A DNA stretch of 64,000 bases from Dehalococcoidia bacterium (GCA_041494685.1 JBGQBE010000006.1:16064-80063), one strand, 5' to 3'; numbered from the stretch's first letter, positions 9,863 to 20,179 are shown. Notes: generated from the sequence alone by a model not told the origin. Made by a program: numbers and translations.

Positions 9863-11152
9863 ATGACGGCGTCATTTCGCCGCTACCGGCGCTGGTTGAT
9901 CGCCATCGCCATTCCCTGCTTCGTGGTGTCCGTCGCGGCGAATTGCCGCGACACTTCGTCGCCCACCGCGCCGACAGATGCCTCTGTCACTGAGCAGGCG
10001 TCAGCCACACCCCAGCCAACGGCCACAGATGAGCCGACCGCGACGCCAACGGCAATCGACCGCAGCCGGCTGCCGGTGCAGTTGCATATCCCGGGCGCTC
10101 CGGACGAAAGCGGGACGCCGGTCGCCGCATCACCCACCGACTTCGGTGATTACCTTCACGTCGTCGATCTGGCTGAAGGAACGGCGCGCCTCGTTGGGAG
10201 CGCTCGGCTCGCGGCCAAGCCCGACTCGTTCAACCGGCCGCTTCTGTCACCTGATCACACCCACATCGCCTATCCTTCGCGGCGCAGCATCGTCGTGATC
10301 GAGGTCGCGACCGGACGCGAGCAGGCGTTCCCGCTCCCGGCAGCTCCGCCTTCAGCGACCCCTTGCGGCCCCATTGGCATCGGGCTGTCGTGGGCGCCGG
10401 ATTCGGCGAGCCTCGCCATCAACACTGAGGACGCGCTACTCGTGCTGGACAGAGTCTCCGGTTCGTATCGCGAGATTGTCCACAATACCGGAACGCCGGG
10501 GGCGTGCGCGGTCGCCTGGTCGCCCGACGCAGAATGGATCGTGTTCTCAAACCACTTCGCCCTCCTCCGCGTTCGTCCGGACGGCTCCGATCGACTCGAG
10601 GGCTCTACATACTACGGCGGCCCGTCCGGATTCATTTGGGCCCCCGACTCAACACGGTTCTTCTTCAGCGGCATCGGCGGCGGAACGAGCCAGAGTTCGT
10701 TTGTCTCGGACCCGGACCTCCGTGTGCAGGGTATCCCGGATCTGCCGCTCATCCAGGCGCTTTCCACGTCGGGCACCAGGGTCGCCTACCACCACTCTGA
10801 GCACGACGAGAAATGGAACTGGACCTCGTACATCGAGACACGAGATGTTGACGGCACAAACAGCCGAACCCTTGTCACGAGCCGTAACAGCGGCAGCGTC
10901 GCCTACACCTTGCTCTGGTCCGCGGATGACGCGTTCATCGCGTACCCGCAGCGCGTGAGCGGCGGTGGCGCGGCCCCCTGGGGCAGCGTCCGCGTCGTCA
11001 ACTCGACCACCGGCGAGGACCTGACGGCCGCATTGGGGCCTGCCTCGATCAGGTTCAGCGAGTGGAGTTGGGTGGTATGTGACGTCAATGTCGTCGGCTG
11101 GCTTTCTACGACAAGTCTGGTCACGTGGACCACGTGCGAGACGAGCATCTGA
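9863..11152 (+). CDS. TolB-like/PD40 beta-propeller repeat protein with N-terminal signal/anchor
   Basis: MTASFRRYRRWLIAIAIPCFVVSVAANC; repeated (S/A)PD..(I/V)(A/V)(F/Y) blades (LSPDHTHIAY, SWAPDSASLAI, AWSPDAEWIVF, IWAPDSTRFFF, LWSADDAFIAY); GC clearly lower (~60%) than neighbours. Confidence 0.7.
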   Translation: MTASFRRYRRWLIAIAIPCFVVSVAANCRDTSSPTAPTDASVTEQASATPQPTATDEPTATPTAIDRSRLPVQLHIPGAPDESGTPVAASPTDFGDYLHVVDLAEGTARLVGSARLAAKPDSFNRPLLSPDHTHIAYPSRRSIVVIEVATGREQAFPLPAAPPSATPCGPIGIGLSWAPDSASLAINTEDALLVLDRVSGSYREIVHNTGTPGACAVAWSPDAEWIVFSNHFALLRVRPDGSDRLEGSTYYGGPSGFIWAPDSTRFFFSGIGGGTSQSSFVSDPDLRVQGIPDLPLIQALSTSGTRVAYHHSEHDEKWNWTSYIETRDVDGTNSRTLVTSRNSGSVAYTLLWSADDAFIAYPQRVSGGGAAPWGSVRVVNSTTGEDLTAALGPASIRFSEWSWVVCDVNVVGWLSTTSLVTWTTCETSI

Positions 11153-11168
11153 CGAATCAAGCCGGACC

Positions 11169-12026
11169 CTACGTGAACAGCGGGGTCATGGCGCGCTGCT
11201 CGACGAGGGCGCGCATGGCGGCGTCGTCCGGGCGCACGGTGAAGCGGTGCGCGGCGTCGAGGATCTTCTCGAGCAGGCCCAGGTCGCTGGCCGTGTTGAG
11301 GAAGACGCCTGGGCGGCCGAGCACCCAGTGGACGGCGCGGTCGATCTCCGCCTGCTCCGTCAGCGGCTCGTACCACGTGCCGTGCGTGTGCTCCTTCTCG
11401 TTCCACGGGCCCAGCGTGATGCCCTTGATCGTCTGCATGGCGATACCGCGCTCGGCGCAGACGCGCGACAGCGCCTCGAAGTCCGCGGCGTACTGCGGGT
11501 TCTGCATCATCACGTAGTTGTAGGGCAGCAGCACGGAGTCGAACGGGAAGCGTTCGAGGCTGCGGAGGTGCATCGCCGCCACGGTGACGCCGTGGCCGGT
11601 GACGCCGATGAAGCGCGTCAGCCCGGCGTCGCGCGCCTCGACCGCCGCTTCGAGCGCGCCGCCGGGCGCGAACGCCGTCTCCCACTCCTGCTCGTCGACC
11701 AGGTTGTGCAACTGGATCAGGTCGAGGTGGTCGGTCTGCAGGCGCTCGAGCGACTTGCGGATGCCGGCGCGTGCGCCGTCGGCGATGCGCTCGCCGGTCT
11801 TGGTGGCGAGGAAGAAGCGGTCGCGGTGGCCCGGCATCCACGCGCCAACGCGCCGCTCGGAGCGGCCGTAGGCGGCGGCGGTGTCGATGTGGTTGAGGCC
11901 GTTGGCGAGCACCATCGCGAGCGCGCGTTCGCCGTCCTCTTCGGACGCGCCCCAGAGCGCGGCGGCGCCGAAGATGATGCGCGTGCTGTCGTGGCCGGTC
12001 TTGCCGAAGGGCTGCGTCGGGATCAT
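11169..12026 (-). CDS. aldo/keto reductase family oxidoreductase
   Basis: [26 protein letters not shown]...[12 protein letters not shown]...LDLIQLHN; ATG at 12026 after GAGGGAAGG; upstream part of track ORF (to 12443) is S/R-rich shadow. Confidence 0.8.
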   Translation of the reverse strand: MIPTQPFGKTGHDSTRIIFGAAALWGASEEDGERALAMVLANGLNHIDTAAAYGRSERRVGAWMPGHRDRFFLATKTGERIADGARAGIRKSLERLQTDHLDLIQLHNLVDEQEWETAFAPGGALEAAVEARDAGLTRFIGVTGHGVTVAAMHLRSLERFPFDSVLLPYNYVMMQNPQYAADFEALSRVCAERGIAMQTIKGITLGPWNEKEHTHGTWYEPLTEQAEIDRAVHWVLGRPGVFLNTASDLGLLEKILDAAHRFTVRPDDAAMRALVEQRAMTPLFT

Positions 12027-12066
12027 GTGCGTGCCAGCCTTCCCTCGTCGATCGCCGTCCGCGCCG

Positions 12067-13074
12067 CTAGACGCGGTACGGGTGCGGTCCGAACTCCGCC
12101 TCATAGAACGGGGCGACGCTGTCGCCGCGGCGGATGATGCGGTTGATCTGCTTGCGGTCGTCGTCGGTGATCTCGACGGCGAGCGCGCCCAGGTTGTCGG
12201 TGTACTGCTCCATCGTGCGCGGGCCGATGATCGGGCTGGTGACGCCGGGCTGGCGCAGCACCCAGGCGAGCGCGAGCTGCGAGAGCGTGCAGCCCTTCTC
12301 CTGCGCGATCGGTTGCAGGCCGTCGACGACGTCGTAGATGCGGTCGTTGAGGCGGCGGCGGTAGATCGGGTTGCTGGCGTCGGCGAAGCGCGCGCCCTCC
12401 GGCGGCTCCTCGCCGCGCTTGTACTTGCCGGTGAGCAGGCCACCGCCGAGCGGGCTCCACGGGATGACCGCCATGCCGTACGTCTGCGCCATCGGCAACA
12501 GCTCGCGTTCGATGCGGCGGTCCAGCAGGTTGTAGGGCGGCTGTTCGCAGATGAAGCGGTTGAGTCCCAGCTCCTTCGACACGGCGAACGACTCGACGAT
12601 CTGCCAGGCGGCGAAGGTGCTGCTGCCGAGGTAGCGCACCTTTCCGGCGCGCACGAGGTCGTCGAGCGCGCGCAGCGTCTCGTCGATCGGGATGTCGGGC
12701 TGCGGTCGGTGGATCTGGTAGAGGTCGATGTAGTCGGTCTGGAGGCGCCGCAGCGAGGCCTCGCACTGCTGGATGATATGACGGCGACTGTTGCCCTGCA
12801 TGTTGGGGTCGGCGCCGCTCATGACGCCGTGGACCTTCGTGGCGAGGACGATCTTGTCGCGCTTGCCGTTGCGCTTCAGCGCCTCGCCCGTCACCTCTTC
12901 GCTGCGGCCGACGGAGTAGACGTTGGCCGTGTCGATGAAGTTGATGCCGTCATCGATCGCCTTGTCGATGATGTCGTACGAGTCGCCGGGCGGCGTCTTG
13001 CCGCCGAACATCATGCAACCCAGGCAGAGTGCGCTGACCTTGACGCCGGTGCGTCCGAGCGATCGGTATTCCAT
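12067..13074 (-). CDS. aldo/keto reductase (Tas/IolS-like)
   Basis: [25 protein letters not shown]...[15 protein letters not shown]...[19 protein letters not shown]...[11 protein letters not shown]; canonical AKR motifs. Confidence 0.9.
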   Translation of the reverse strand: MEYRSLGRTGVKVSALCLGCMMFGGKTPPGDSYDIIDKAIDDGINFIDTANVYSVGRSEEVTGEALKRNGKRDKIVLATKVHGVMSGADPNMQGNSRRHIIQQCEASLRRLQTDYIDLYQIHRPQPDIPIDETLRALDDLVRAGKVRYLGSSTFAAWQIVESFAVSKELGLNRFICEQPPYNLLDRRIERELLPMAQTYGMAVIPWSPLGGGLLTGKYKRGEEPPEGARFADASNPIYRRRLNDRIYDVVDGLQPIAQEKGCTLSQLALAWVLRQPGVTSPIIGPRTMEQYTDNLGALAVEITDDDRKQINRIIRRGDSVAPFYEAEFGPHPYRV

Positions 13075-13241
13075 GTCGGTCCTCCTTCAGCGCCGCGAGG
13101 GCGCGTGCGTGCGGTGAGGGTACGCGGCGTCGCGCCGCGTGGATCGATCATAGGCGAGGGCGCGGGCGGGCGGAAGCGGGATGCCGGCGACCGGGTGGGC
13201 GCGGCGGGCGGTGCCGATGCGCATCAGATGCGCGCACCCTG

Positions 13242-14114
13242 CTACGGCAGTACCTTCAGCGACCAGACGGGATGGATCTCGTTGTGGCCGTGGACGGTGT
13301 CCGTGACCCAGGGGCCGGTGACGCGGATGCGCTCGCCTTCGACCGGGACGGGCAGGGCCGCGCGGTCGAGCGGGACGATCTCGAGGTGCAGCCAGCCGTG
13401 CATGTTCTGGCGGTTTACGTCGTTGAGCAGGCGCTGGTCGCCGGGGGCGAGCTCGAGGTTGAACGAGAGGTCGCCGTCGTTCTCGCGATCATCCGGCCGC
13501 TCGACCTCGCGCACGGTGGCTTCGATCGTCACGCAAGGTTCCAGCACCTTGAGCCGCGACGGGAGGTAGACGCCGGCGAGGACATCGCCCTCCACGCAGC
13601 CGTCGGCGCGGAAGACGCGCGGCTTCGCGGGCGGCGGGCCGAGTCCGCCGGCGGCGAGCGCGGTCTGCAGGAAATGGTCGGCGAGGCGCCACTGCCCGTC
13701 TTCGAGCTGCATGAACGCGACGTCGGTGAGAGGGAACTGCTTGCCCTGGTAGCCGATGCTCAGCGTGAGGTCGAACTGCGCCTGCGTGCCGTTGACCGCG
13801 GGCTCGCCCGCTGTATCGATCGTGATGCGGAAGTTGGGGTCGCCGCCGACGAGCTTCGTCACGAGCGCCTGCACCTGCGCGCTGGAGAGATCCTTCTTCG
13901 CTTCAGACGAGAGACGCGCATACACGCCGGCGGCGTCGCGAGCGTTGATCGCGTCGAGCAGGATCTTGAAGCTCTCGACCGGGCCCTCGGCGGGGGCTTT
14001 CGGCGACGCCACCGCGGCCGGAGTCGCCGCCGGCTTCGTCGAATAGCTCGACGAACCGCAGGCGACGCCTGTTATGGCGATGGCGCAGATCATGGCGCCG
14101 CAGCCCCACGTCAT
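13242..14114 (-). CDS. hypothetical secreted/lipoprotein
   Basis: MTWGCGAMICAIAITGVACGSSS signal; start overlaps the stop of the upstream UPF0104 gene (ATGA); no recognisable domain. Confidence 0.55.
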   Translation of the reverse strand: MTWGCGAMICAIAITGVACGSSSYSTKPAATPAAVASPKAPAEGPVESFKILLDAINARDAAGVYARLSSEAKKDLSSAQVQALVTKLVGGDPNFRITIDTAGEPAVNGTQAQFDLTLSIGYQGKQFPLTDVAFMQLEDGQWRLADHFLQTALAAGGLGPPPAKPRVFRADGCVEGDVLAGVYLPSRLKVLEPCVTIEATVREVERPDDRENDGDLSFNLELAPGDQRLLNDVNRQNMHGWLHLEIVPLDRAALPVPVEGERIRVTGPWVTDTVHGHNEIHPVWSLKVLP

Positions 14115-15133
14115 CGCTTCGCCGCCACGGCGTCAGGGCGCGCCGCGGACGCCGGCAGGGCTGTCGCACCGAGAGCGGCGGCGCCGTAGCCGAGGCGCGC
14201 CGCCATCTCGATTGCGAGGAGACCGGCGCCGTTCACGGCGATCAGCAGCAGGCCGAGCGCGAAGCCGGCCGATGCGCCCTGCGCCGCCGTGGCGCCGGCG
14301 TGCTTGAGCAGGCCCGAGAAGCTCGACTCGCGCACGCCGAGGCCGCCGAGCGTGATCGGGAGCAGCACGGCAACGGCGGCGACCCACGTGATGAATGCCC
14401 AGTACCACCACGAGACGTGGATGCCGAGCGCGCGGCCGGCGAGGGCGATGGTCGAGATGTAGAGGGCCTGGATGGCGACCGAGAAGACGGACATCTGGTA
14501 GACGGCGATCAGCTCGCGGCGATGGGCGAGGAGGTTGCGCAGGAAGTGGTCGTGGCGCACGGCGGGGAACGGCATGCGCGGCAGCACGAGGGCCAGCAGC
14601 AGCGCGGCGGCGCCGCCGGCGGCGAACGCGAGCAGGCCGATGGCCGCCTCGCCGTAGTAGAACGCGGCGCCCAGCGCGCCGAGGCACGTCATAGCCCCGT
14701 AGCCGGTGGCACGCTCGTAGAGCACGCTCATCGTGACGTCGGCGGCGCGGGCGTTGGCCTCGCGCTGGATGCGGTAGACGCGATAGACGTCGCCACCGAC
14801 GGCGGTGGGCAGGACGTTGCTGAGCAGGTTGCCGACGCAGTAGGCGCGGACGACGTGCGCGAGCGGCGCGTGGACGTCGCGGGCGCGCATGAGCAGCACC
14901 CACTTCACGACGACCAGCGCCTGCACGACGAGCATGAGCGCGAGGGCGGCTGCGAGGAGCCCGATGTTGGCGTGGCGGAAGGTATCGGCGAGGTCGCCGG
15001 GGGACAGCTTGAAGACGAGCCCGGCGACCACTGCCAGCGTGGCGATCAGGCGGATCGCAGCGAAGGCGCGGCCGCGCAACAGGCCGGAGCCGCCGTCAGG
15101 TGCGTCTGCGTTTACGTCTGTGGCCAAGGACAC
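14111..15133 (-). CDS. UPF0104 / lysylphosphatidylglycerol-synthase-TM-like (flippase-like) membrane protein
   Basis: Multi-TM protein ...LSPGDLADTFRHANIGLLAAALALMLVVQALVVVKWVLLMRAR...VGNLLSNVLPTAVGGDVYRVYRI...; start overlaps the rodA 3' end by ~38 nt (start uncertain). Confidence 0.7.
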   Translation of the reverse strand: MSLATDVNADAPDGGSGLLRGRAFAAIRLIATLAVVAGLVFKLSPGDLADTFRHANIGLLAAALALMLVVQALVVVKWVLLMRARDVHAPLAHVVRAYCVGNLLSNVLPTAVGGDVYRVYRIQREANARAADVTMSVLYERATGYGAMTCLGALGAAFYYGEAAIGLLAFAAGGAAALLLALVLPRMPFPAVRHDHFLRNLLAHRRELIAVYQMSVFSVAIQALYISTIALAGRALGIHVSWWYWAFITWVAAVAVLLPITLGGLGVRESSFSGLLKHAGATAAQGASAGFALGLLLIAVNGAGLLAIEMAARLGYGAAALGATALPASAARPDAVAAKR

Positions 15134-16211
15134 TCTGCACGATACCTAAGGCGCCCAACACCGTGATCAGCGAACTGCCGCCCTGGCTGACCAGGGGCAG
15201 CGGGACGCCGGTCACCGGTACCAGTCTAATGTTTACGCCGATGTTCACAAAGACGTGGTACAGGATCAGTACCATGATGCCCACGGCGATGAGGCGGCCG
15301 AAGACGTCGTCGGCGAGGCCGGCGACACGCACGCAGCGGAAGAGCAGCATGATGAAGAGGCCGAAGAGCAGCATCGCGCCGATGAAGCCGAGCTCCTCCG
15401 CCCCGACGCTGAAGACGTAGTCGGTGGTCTGCGTGCGCAGGTAGTCGAGCTGCGTCTGCGTGCCATGCGTGAAGCCCTTGCCGAAGAGACCGCCCGAGCC
15501 GATGCTGATCTCCGCCTGGAGGATGTTGAAGCCGGCGCCGAGCGGGTCCTTCTCCGGATGCAGCCAGGAGTCGATGCGGCTTCGCTGGTAGTCGTGCGAG
15601 ATGGCGTAGATCGCGCCCGGCATCAGGGCCAGCACCATCATCGCGAAGCCGGCAAGGTGCAACGGGCGCGCGCCGGCGACGACCACCATGCCGAGCCAGA
15701 TGACGCCGAAGACCATGGCCGAGCCGAGGTCGGGCTCGACCAGCACCAGCGCGGCGGGGACAAGAGCGATCAGTAGCGAGCCGACGAAGACGCGCAGCGA
15801 GTTCATGCGCTGCTCGTTATCGGAGAAGAACTTCGCGAGCATGATGACGGTGCAGACCTTCGCGATCTCGGACGGCTGCACCTGCGTGCCGCCGACGACG
15901 ATCCAGCGGCGCGAGCCGTAGGCGCTGGCGCCGACGGCGAGCACGAAGAGGAGGCCGGCGATCGAGAGGATATAGAGCGCGAGGCTCGCCGGGGCGAAGA
16001 GGCGGTAATCGATGCGCGAGAGCAGCGCCATCGTGACGAGGCCGACGGCGGCGAAGGCGAGCTGACGCGAGACGGGGTGCGAGAGCGCCTGCGCCCCCGA
16101 CCCGTACGTCGCGAGGCTGCCGCTGTAGATCAGCATCGCGCCGCAGGCGGTGAGCGCGAGCGCGGCGAACAGCATGATGAAGTCGAACTCGCGCGTGGGC
16201 GTGTTGCGCAT
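15096..16211 (-). CDS. rodA: rod shape-determining protein RodA (SEDS family peptidoglycan glycosyltransferase)
   Basis: MRNTPTREFDFIMLFAALALTACGAMLIYS...GSRRWIVVGGTQVQPSEIAKV...PVTGVPLPLVSQGGSSLI; ATG 16211, 2 nt after the mrdA stop; track extension to 16502 is shadow. Confidence 0.9.
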   Translation of the reverse strand: MRNTPTREFDFIMLFAALALTACGAMLIYSGSLATYGSGAQALSHPVSRQLAFAAVGLVTMALLSRIDYRLFAPASLALYILSIAGLLFVLAVGASAYGSRRWIVVGGTQVQPSEIAKVCTVIMLAKFFSDNEQRMNSLRVFVGSLLIALVPAALVLVEPDLGSAMVFGVIWLGMVVVAGARPLHLAGFAMMVLALMPGAIYAISHDYQRSRIDSWLHPEKDPLGAGFNILQAEISIGSGGLFGKGFTHGTQTQLDYLRTQTTDYVFSVGAEELGFIGAMLLFGLFIMLLFRCVRVAGLADDVFGRLIAVGIMVLILYHVFVNIGVNIRLVPVTGVPLPLVSQGGSSLITVLGALGIVQSVLGHRRKRRRT

Positions 16212-16213
16212 GT

Positions 16214-18151
16214 TCACGGCGTCACCCCGCTGGTTGCGGGCGCGGCGCCGGCCGCCTGCTGGCCGCCGCGCGTGAAGTAGTAGTGGAGGATCTGCGCCGC
16301 CAGCGGGGCGGCGTTGGTCGCGCCGATGCCGTGCTCCAGAAACACGGTGATGGCGACCTGCGGGTTGTTCGCGGGTGCGAAGCCGCTGAACCAGCCGTGC
16401 GTGTCGTAGCTGCCGTCGGGGTGGCGCTCGCCGAACTCGGCCGTGCCGGTCTTGCCGCCGATCGCGAGGTCGTCGAGGTGCGCGGGGTTCGCGCTGCCCC
16501 ACGCGACGGCCTGGCCCATCGCGTCGCGCAGGATGGCGAAGTTCTCCGGGCTGACGGGGATGTGGCTTTCGATCTTCGGGTCGTTCCCGACGATCACGTG
16601 GCCCTGCTGGTCGCGCACTTCGCGGACGACGCGCGGCGTGAGCAACGTGCCACCGTTCGCGACGGCTGCGGTCACGCGCACCATCTGGATCGGCGTGGCG
16701 GCGACGAAGCCCTGGCCGATGCCCATGTTGTACGTGTCGCCCAGCCGCCAGTCGTCACCAAAGGTCGCCCTCTTCCAGGCCGGGCTCGGCAGAATGCCGT
16801 CGGCCTCGCCGGCGATATCGATGCCCGTCGGGCGGCCGATACCGAAGTAGCCGGCGTAGCGCACAAGGCGGTCGATACCGAGGCCGTCGAAGTTCTGGCC
16901 GAATGCGTGGTAGCCGCCGGAGAGATAGTAGAAGTAGACGTCGGAGGACATCGCGACGCCCCCGTAGAAGTTGAGCGTCCCCAGCGTGCGCCAGTCGCGG
17001 AACGTGTAGAGGATCGACGGGTTGTACTCGTTCGGGATCTGGATGTAGCCGTTGCTGGTGATCGTCGTGCCGGGGTTGGCGACACCCTCCTGCAGCGCGG
17101 CGGAGCCGGTGATCTGCTTGAAGATCGATCCGGGCGCGTACTGCTCCGAGAGCGCGTGGTTGACCAGTGGCTTCTTGGGGTCGTCGAGATACTGTTGCAG
17201 GCGCGCCTCGTCGACCTTGCCCGAGAGGGCGTTGTCGTCGTATTGCGGCAGCGAGACGAGCGCGAGCACCTCGCCGGTGTGGACGTCCATGACGATGGCG
17301 GCGGCTTGCTGGCCGGGCGCGGCGGCTTGCACGAGCTCCGTCGCCTTCTTCTGCAGATCGAGGTCGATCGAGAGGACGAGGTCGTTGCCGGGCTTCGCGG
17401 GCTCCTCGTCGAGGGTGCGGATCTCGCGGCCGGAGGCGTCCTTCTCGATCTCCTTGCGGCCGGGCGTGCCGCGCAGGTAGCTCTCGTACGCCGACTCCAC
17501 GCCCGCCTTGCCGATGCGGTCGCTGGCGATGTAGCCCTTGTCCTTCAGCGTTGCGAAGTCCTCGGCGTCGACGCGGCCGGTATAACCCAGCACGTCCGCG
17601 AGCAGGCTGCCAGCGATGTACTTGCGCACGGGCAGCGTGACGATCTGGACGCCGGGCATCTTCGGCAACTGCTCGCGCAGGCTGAAGGTCGTGGTCGCGT
17701 CGAGGCTGTCCTTGAGAATGACGGGCGTGAACGGGTCGTTGGACTGGCGCGCCGCCTCGATCTTCATGAGCGATTCCATGGCCGGCACGCCCAGCATCTT
17801 CTCGATGTCGCCGGCGATCTCGAGTTCGCGGGCCTTCGGAAGGTCGGCGGCGACGACGGCGGCGGAGAAGCTGGGCACGTTCTGCACGAGGGGCACGCCG
17901 TTGCGGTCGGTGATCAGGCCGCGCGACGGGATGACGGGCTCGATGCGGAGCTGGTTGAACTGGGCGCGCTCCTGGAACTGGGAGCCCTGCACCAGCTGCA
18001 GGCGGGCGAGCTGGATGCCGAGCACGACGAACGCCAGCAGCACGCCGATGCGGAGCGCCCACAGCTTGCGCGTGAGCTCGGCCTTCGGGTCGGGCGTCTC
18101 CGTCTTCTCCGAACGCCAGCGGCGCCGGTTGCCGGTGCTCAGCAGTCCCAT
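16214..18151 (-). CDS. mrdA: penicillin-binding protein 2 (elongasome transpeptidase)
   Basis: 645 aa; N-terminal TM, dimerisation and transpeptidase domains (...APGSIFK..., ...GGKTGTAEF...). Confidence 0.9.
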   Translation of the reverse strand: MGLLSTGNRRRWRSEKTETPDPKAELTRKLWALRIGVLLAFVVLGIQLARLQLVQGSQFQERAQFNQLRIEPVIPSRGLITDRNGVPLVQNVPSFSAAVVAADLPKARELEIAGDIEKMLGVPAMESLMKIEAARQSNDPFTPVILKDSLDATTTFSLREQLPKMPGVQIVTLPVRKYIAGSLLADVLGYTGRVDAEDFATLKDKGYIASDRIGKAGVESAYESYLRGTPGRKEIEKDASGREIRTLDEEPAKPGNDLVLSIDLDLQKKATELVQAAAPGQQAAAIVMDVHTGEVLALVSLPQYDDNALSGKVDEARLQQYLDDPKKPLVNHALSEQYAPGSIFKQITGSAALQEGVANPGTTITSNGYIQIPNEYNPSILYTFRDWRTLGTLNFYGGVAMSSDVYFYYLSGGYHAFGQNFDGLGIDRLVRYAGYFGIGRPTGIDIAGEADGILPSPAWKRATFGDDWRLGDTYNMGIGQGFVAATPIQMVRVTAAVANGGTLLTPRVVREVRDQQGHVIVGNDPKIESHIPVSPENFAILRDAMGQAVAWGSANPAHLDDLAIGGKTGTAEFGERHPDGSYDTHGWFSGFAPANNPQVAITVFLEHGIGATNAAPLAAQILHYYFTRGGQQAAGAAPATSGVTP

Positions 18152-18167
18152 AGGATGCTCACGGACA

Positions 18168-18668
18168 TCAGTACGACAGCCTCCTGCGTGTGGCGTTGGG
18201 CTTTGCGAACCGCATGACCAGGTAGATCGGCGGTGTCAGCATCACATTGACGATCGCGGCCGGCAGCACCGCGCGCGTGAAGGCCGTGGTGAGATCGAGC
18301 ACGCCGCCGGTCGCCATGACGTGGAGCAGCATGATGGTCTCATAGGCAAGCGACGCCGCGAGCACGAGCGCGAGCGTGAGCAATGCATCGCTGTGGATGA
18401 CGTGCAGCTCGCGCAGCAGGCCGAGGCCGGCGATCGGCAGCAGGCCGAGCAGCACGAGGCCGGGCGTCTGCAACCCGACGAGGCCGAGCGTGATGCCGGC
18501 CACGGCGATCATCGGCAGCACGTCGTCCAGGCCGCGCACGACGAGCCACGCGACCAGCAGCACGAGCATGAGGTTCGGCGCGACGCCGACGATCTTGAAC
18601 TGTTCGACGCTGGACGCCTGCAGAAGCGCCAGGACGAAGACGATGAACCCGCCGACCCAGTATCGCAT
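18168..18668 (-). CDS. mreD: rod shape-determining protein MreD
   Basis: MRYWVGGFIVFVLALLQASSVEQFKIVGVAPNLMLVLLVAWLVV... polytopic 166 aa; ATG overlaps the mreC stop (TGATG); track extension to 19001 is R-rich shadow. Confidence 0.8.
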   Translation of the reverse strand: MRYWVGGFIVFVLALLQASSVEQFKIVGVAPNLMLVLLVAWLVVRGLDDVLPMIAVAGITLGLVGLQTPGLVLLGLLPIAGLGLLRELHVIHSDALLTLALVLAASLAYETIMLLHVMATGGVLDLTTAFTRAVLPAAIVNVMLTPPIYLVMRFAKPNATRRRLSY

Positions 18669-19492
18669 CAGGGCGTCTCCAGCCGCTTCGGCTCGAAGGA
18701 CATCAGCACGAGCACGTGATCGAGCTTGGTGAGGCTGGCGAGGTGATCGACCTGCACGGACTGGAAGAGTTCCTGGTCGTTCTTCTGCACCGTCGAGACG
18801 CGGCCGATAGCAATGCCGGGCGGGTAGCCGCCGCCGATGCCGGAGGTGACGACGAAGTCGCCCTGTTTCACCGCGGCGCCCTGCCCCACGAACTCCATGT
18901 TCATCGCCCCGTTGTAGTTGCCGGCAACGACGCCTTCCGCGCGCGACTCCTGCACCATCGCGCTGACCGCGCTCTTCGGATCGGTGATCAGCGTCACCCA
19001 CGCGTAGCCGTCGAGCACCTTCGATACGGTGCCGACCAGGCTGCGGCCCTCCGTGACGACGATCATCCCTTCCCTGATGCCGTCGCCGCGGCCGCGGTCG
19101 ATCGCGACGAGCGAGCGGAGGTTACCGGAATCACGGGAGACGACGCTGGCGGCGAGGAAGGTGTCGTTGGGGAACTGCTGCCGGACCTTGTTGAGGTCCT
19201 GCGCGTTCTGCTGCGCCGCCGCGTCTTCGCGTGCGCGCGCGAGATCGTTGGTGAGGCGTTCGTTCTCGTCGTGCAGGCGCTTGTTCTCGGCGGAGAGGCC
19301 GCGGGCGTCGGTGATGGCGTTGACCCAGTCGGCGATCGGGCGCGTCGCGTTGTGCATCACCGACTGGATGGGCGCGGTGACGCCGAGCGTGAGGTTCTCG
19401 ACCGGATCGAGCAGCGTGAGACGGCTCGCCACCATGAGCACGAATGCCGCGATGGCGATGAAGCCGGTCCAGGCTAGCGTGCGCGCGGTCAT
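18668..19492 (-). CDS. mreC: rod shape-determining protein MreC
   Basis: N-terminal TM, coiled coil (AENKRLHDENERLTNDLARARED) and beta-rich C-domain (GMIVVTEGRSLVGTVSKV...VVTSGIGGGYPPGIAIGRV). Confidence 0.9.
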   Translation of the reverse strand: MTARTLAWTGFIAIAAFVLMVASRLTLLDPVENLTLGVTAPIQSVMHNATRPIADWVNAITDARGLSAENKRLHDENERLTNDLARAREDAAAQQNAQDLNKVRQQFPNDTFLAASVVSRDSGNLRSLVAIDRGRGDGIREGMIVVTEGRSLVGTVSKVLDGYAWVTLITDPKSAVSAMVQESRAEGVVAGNYNGAMNMEFVGQGAAVKQGDFVVTSGIGGGYPPGIAIGRVSTVQKNDQELFQSVQVDHLASLTKLDHVLVLMSFEPKRLETP

Positions 19493-19595
19493 CAGAACGA
19501 CGCTCCTCCCGGCGCGGCGGTGCCGAAAGCATTATGTGAAGACGCGGTCTGGCCCCGCCGTCCGCCTTCGAGGGTTGAGGAGTGGTGTGAGTCAG

Positions 19596-19606
19596 CAGCG
19601 AGTATA
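19596..19606 (-). promoter_or_regulatory. candidate -10 element (TATACT) of the mreCD-mrdA-rodA operon promoter
   Basis: AT-rich hexamer on the minus strand ~100 nt upstream of mreC in an otherwise GC-rich 190-nt intergenic region; weak -35. Confidence 0.2.
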
Positions 19607-19681
19607 GACGATCGACCGCGCGCGCGCGACGCGGCGGCACCCGAAATTCGCGCATGTCCACCAACTCATGCGCCGGACCGA

Positions 19682-20179
19682 TCAGTGTGACGACTTCGGA
19701 TGCTCCGTCACGCCGGCGAGCAGCTCGACGGCGTGCGGCAGGACGCCGAGCACCGCGCTCAAGCTCTCGCGCACGGCCTTCTCACTGCCCGGCAGGTTCA
19801 CGATGAGCGTCCCGCCGCGCGTGACGGCGACGCCGCGGCTGAGCATCGCGCGCGGCGTGTGGCGCATGCCCTCGGCGCGCATCGCTTCGGCAATGCCCGG
19901 CACGAGGCGGTGCGCTATGTCGAGCGTGGCCTCCGGCGTGACGTCCCGCGCGGCGAGGCCGGTGCCGCCCGTCGTGAGCAGCAGGTCGAGCCCGCCTTCG
20001 TCGCACCAGGCGGCGAGCGTGGCCGCGATCTGCTGCCGTTCGTCCGGGACGATCTCGTAGCGCTCGACCGTGGCGTCGATCGTGGCCAGCAGCTCGCGGA
20101 TGGCGGGGCCGCTGGTGTCGGCGCGTTCGCCGCGGCTGCCGGCGTCGCTGACGGTGAGGATGGCTGCGCGGATGGGCAT
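19682..20179 (-). CDS. mog: molybdopterin adenylyltransferase MogA/MoaB
   Basis: MPIRAAILTVSDAGSRGERADTSGPAIRELL...DLLLTTGGTGLAARDVTPEAT...; ATG 20179; track extension to 20326 is shadow. Confidence 0.85.
   Translation of the reverse strand: MPIRAAILTVSDAGSRGERADTSGPAIRELLATIDATVERYEIVPDERQQIAATLAAWCDEGGLDLLLTTGGTGLAARDVTPEATLDIAHRLVPGIAEAMRAEGMRHTPRAMLSRGVAVTRGGTLIVNLPGSEKAVRESLSAVLGVLPHAVELLAGVTEHPKSSH

Noticed and set aside
11881-13569. 562-aa plus-strand ORF
   Set aside because: Antisense to the two aldo/keto reductase genes; no domain, Arg/Ala/Asp-rich.
16283-18217. 644-aa plus-strand ORF
   Set aside because: Antisense shadow of mrdA (PBP2).
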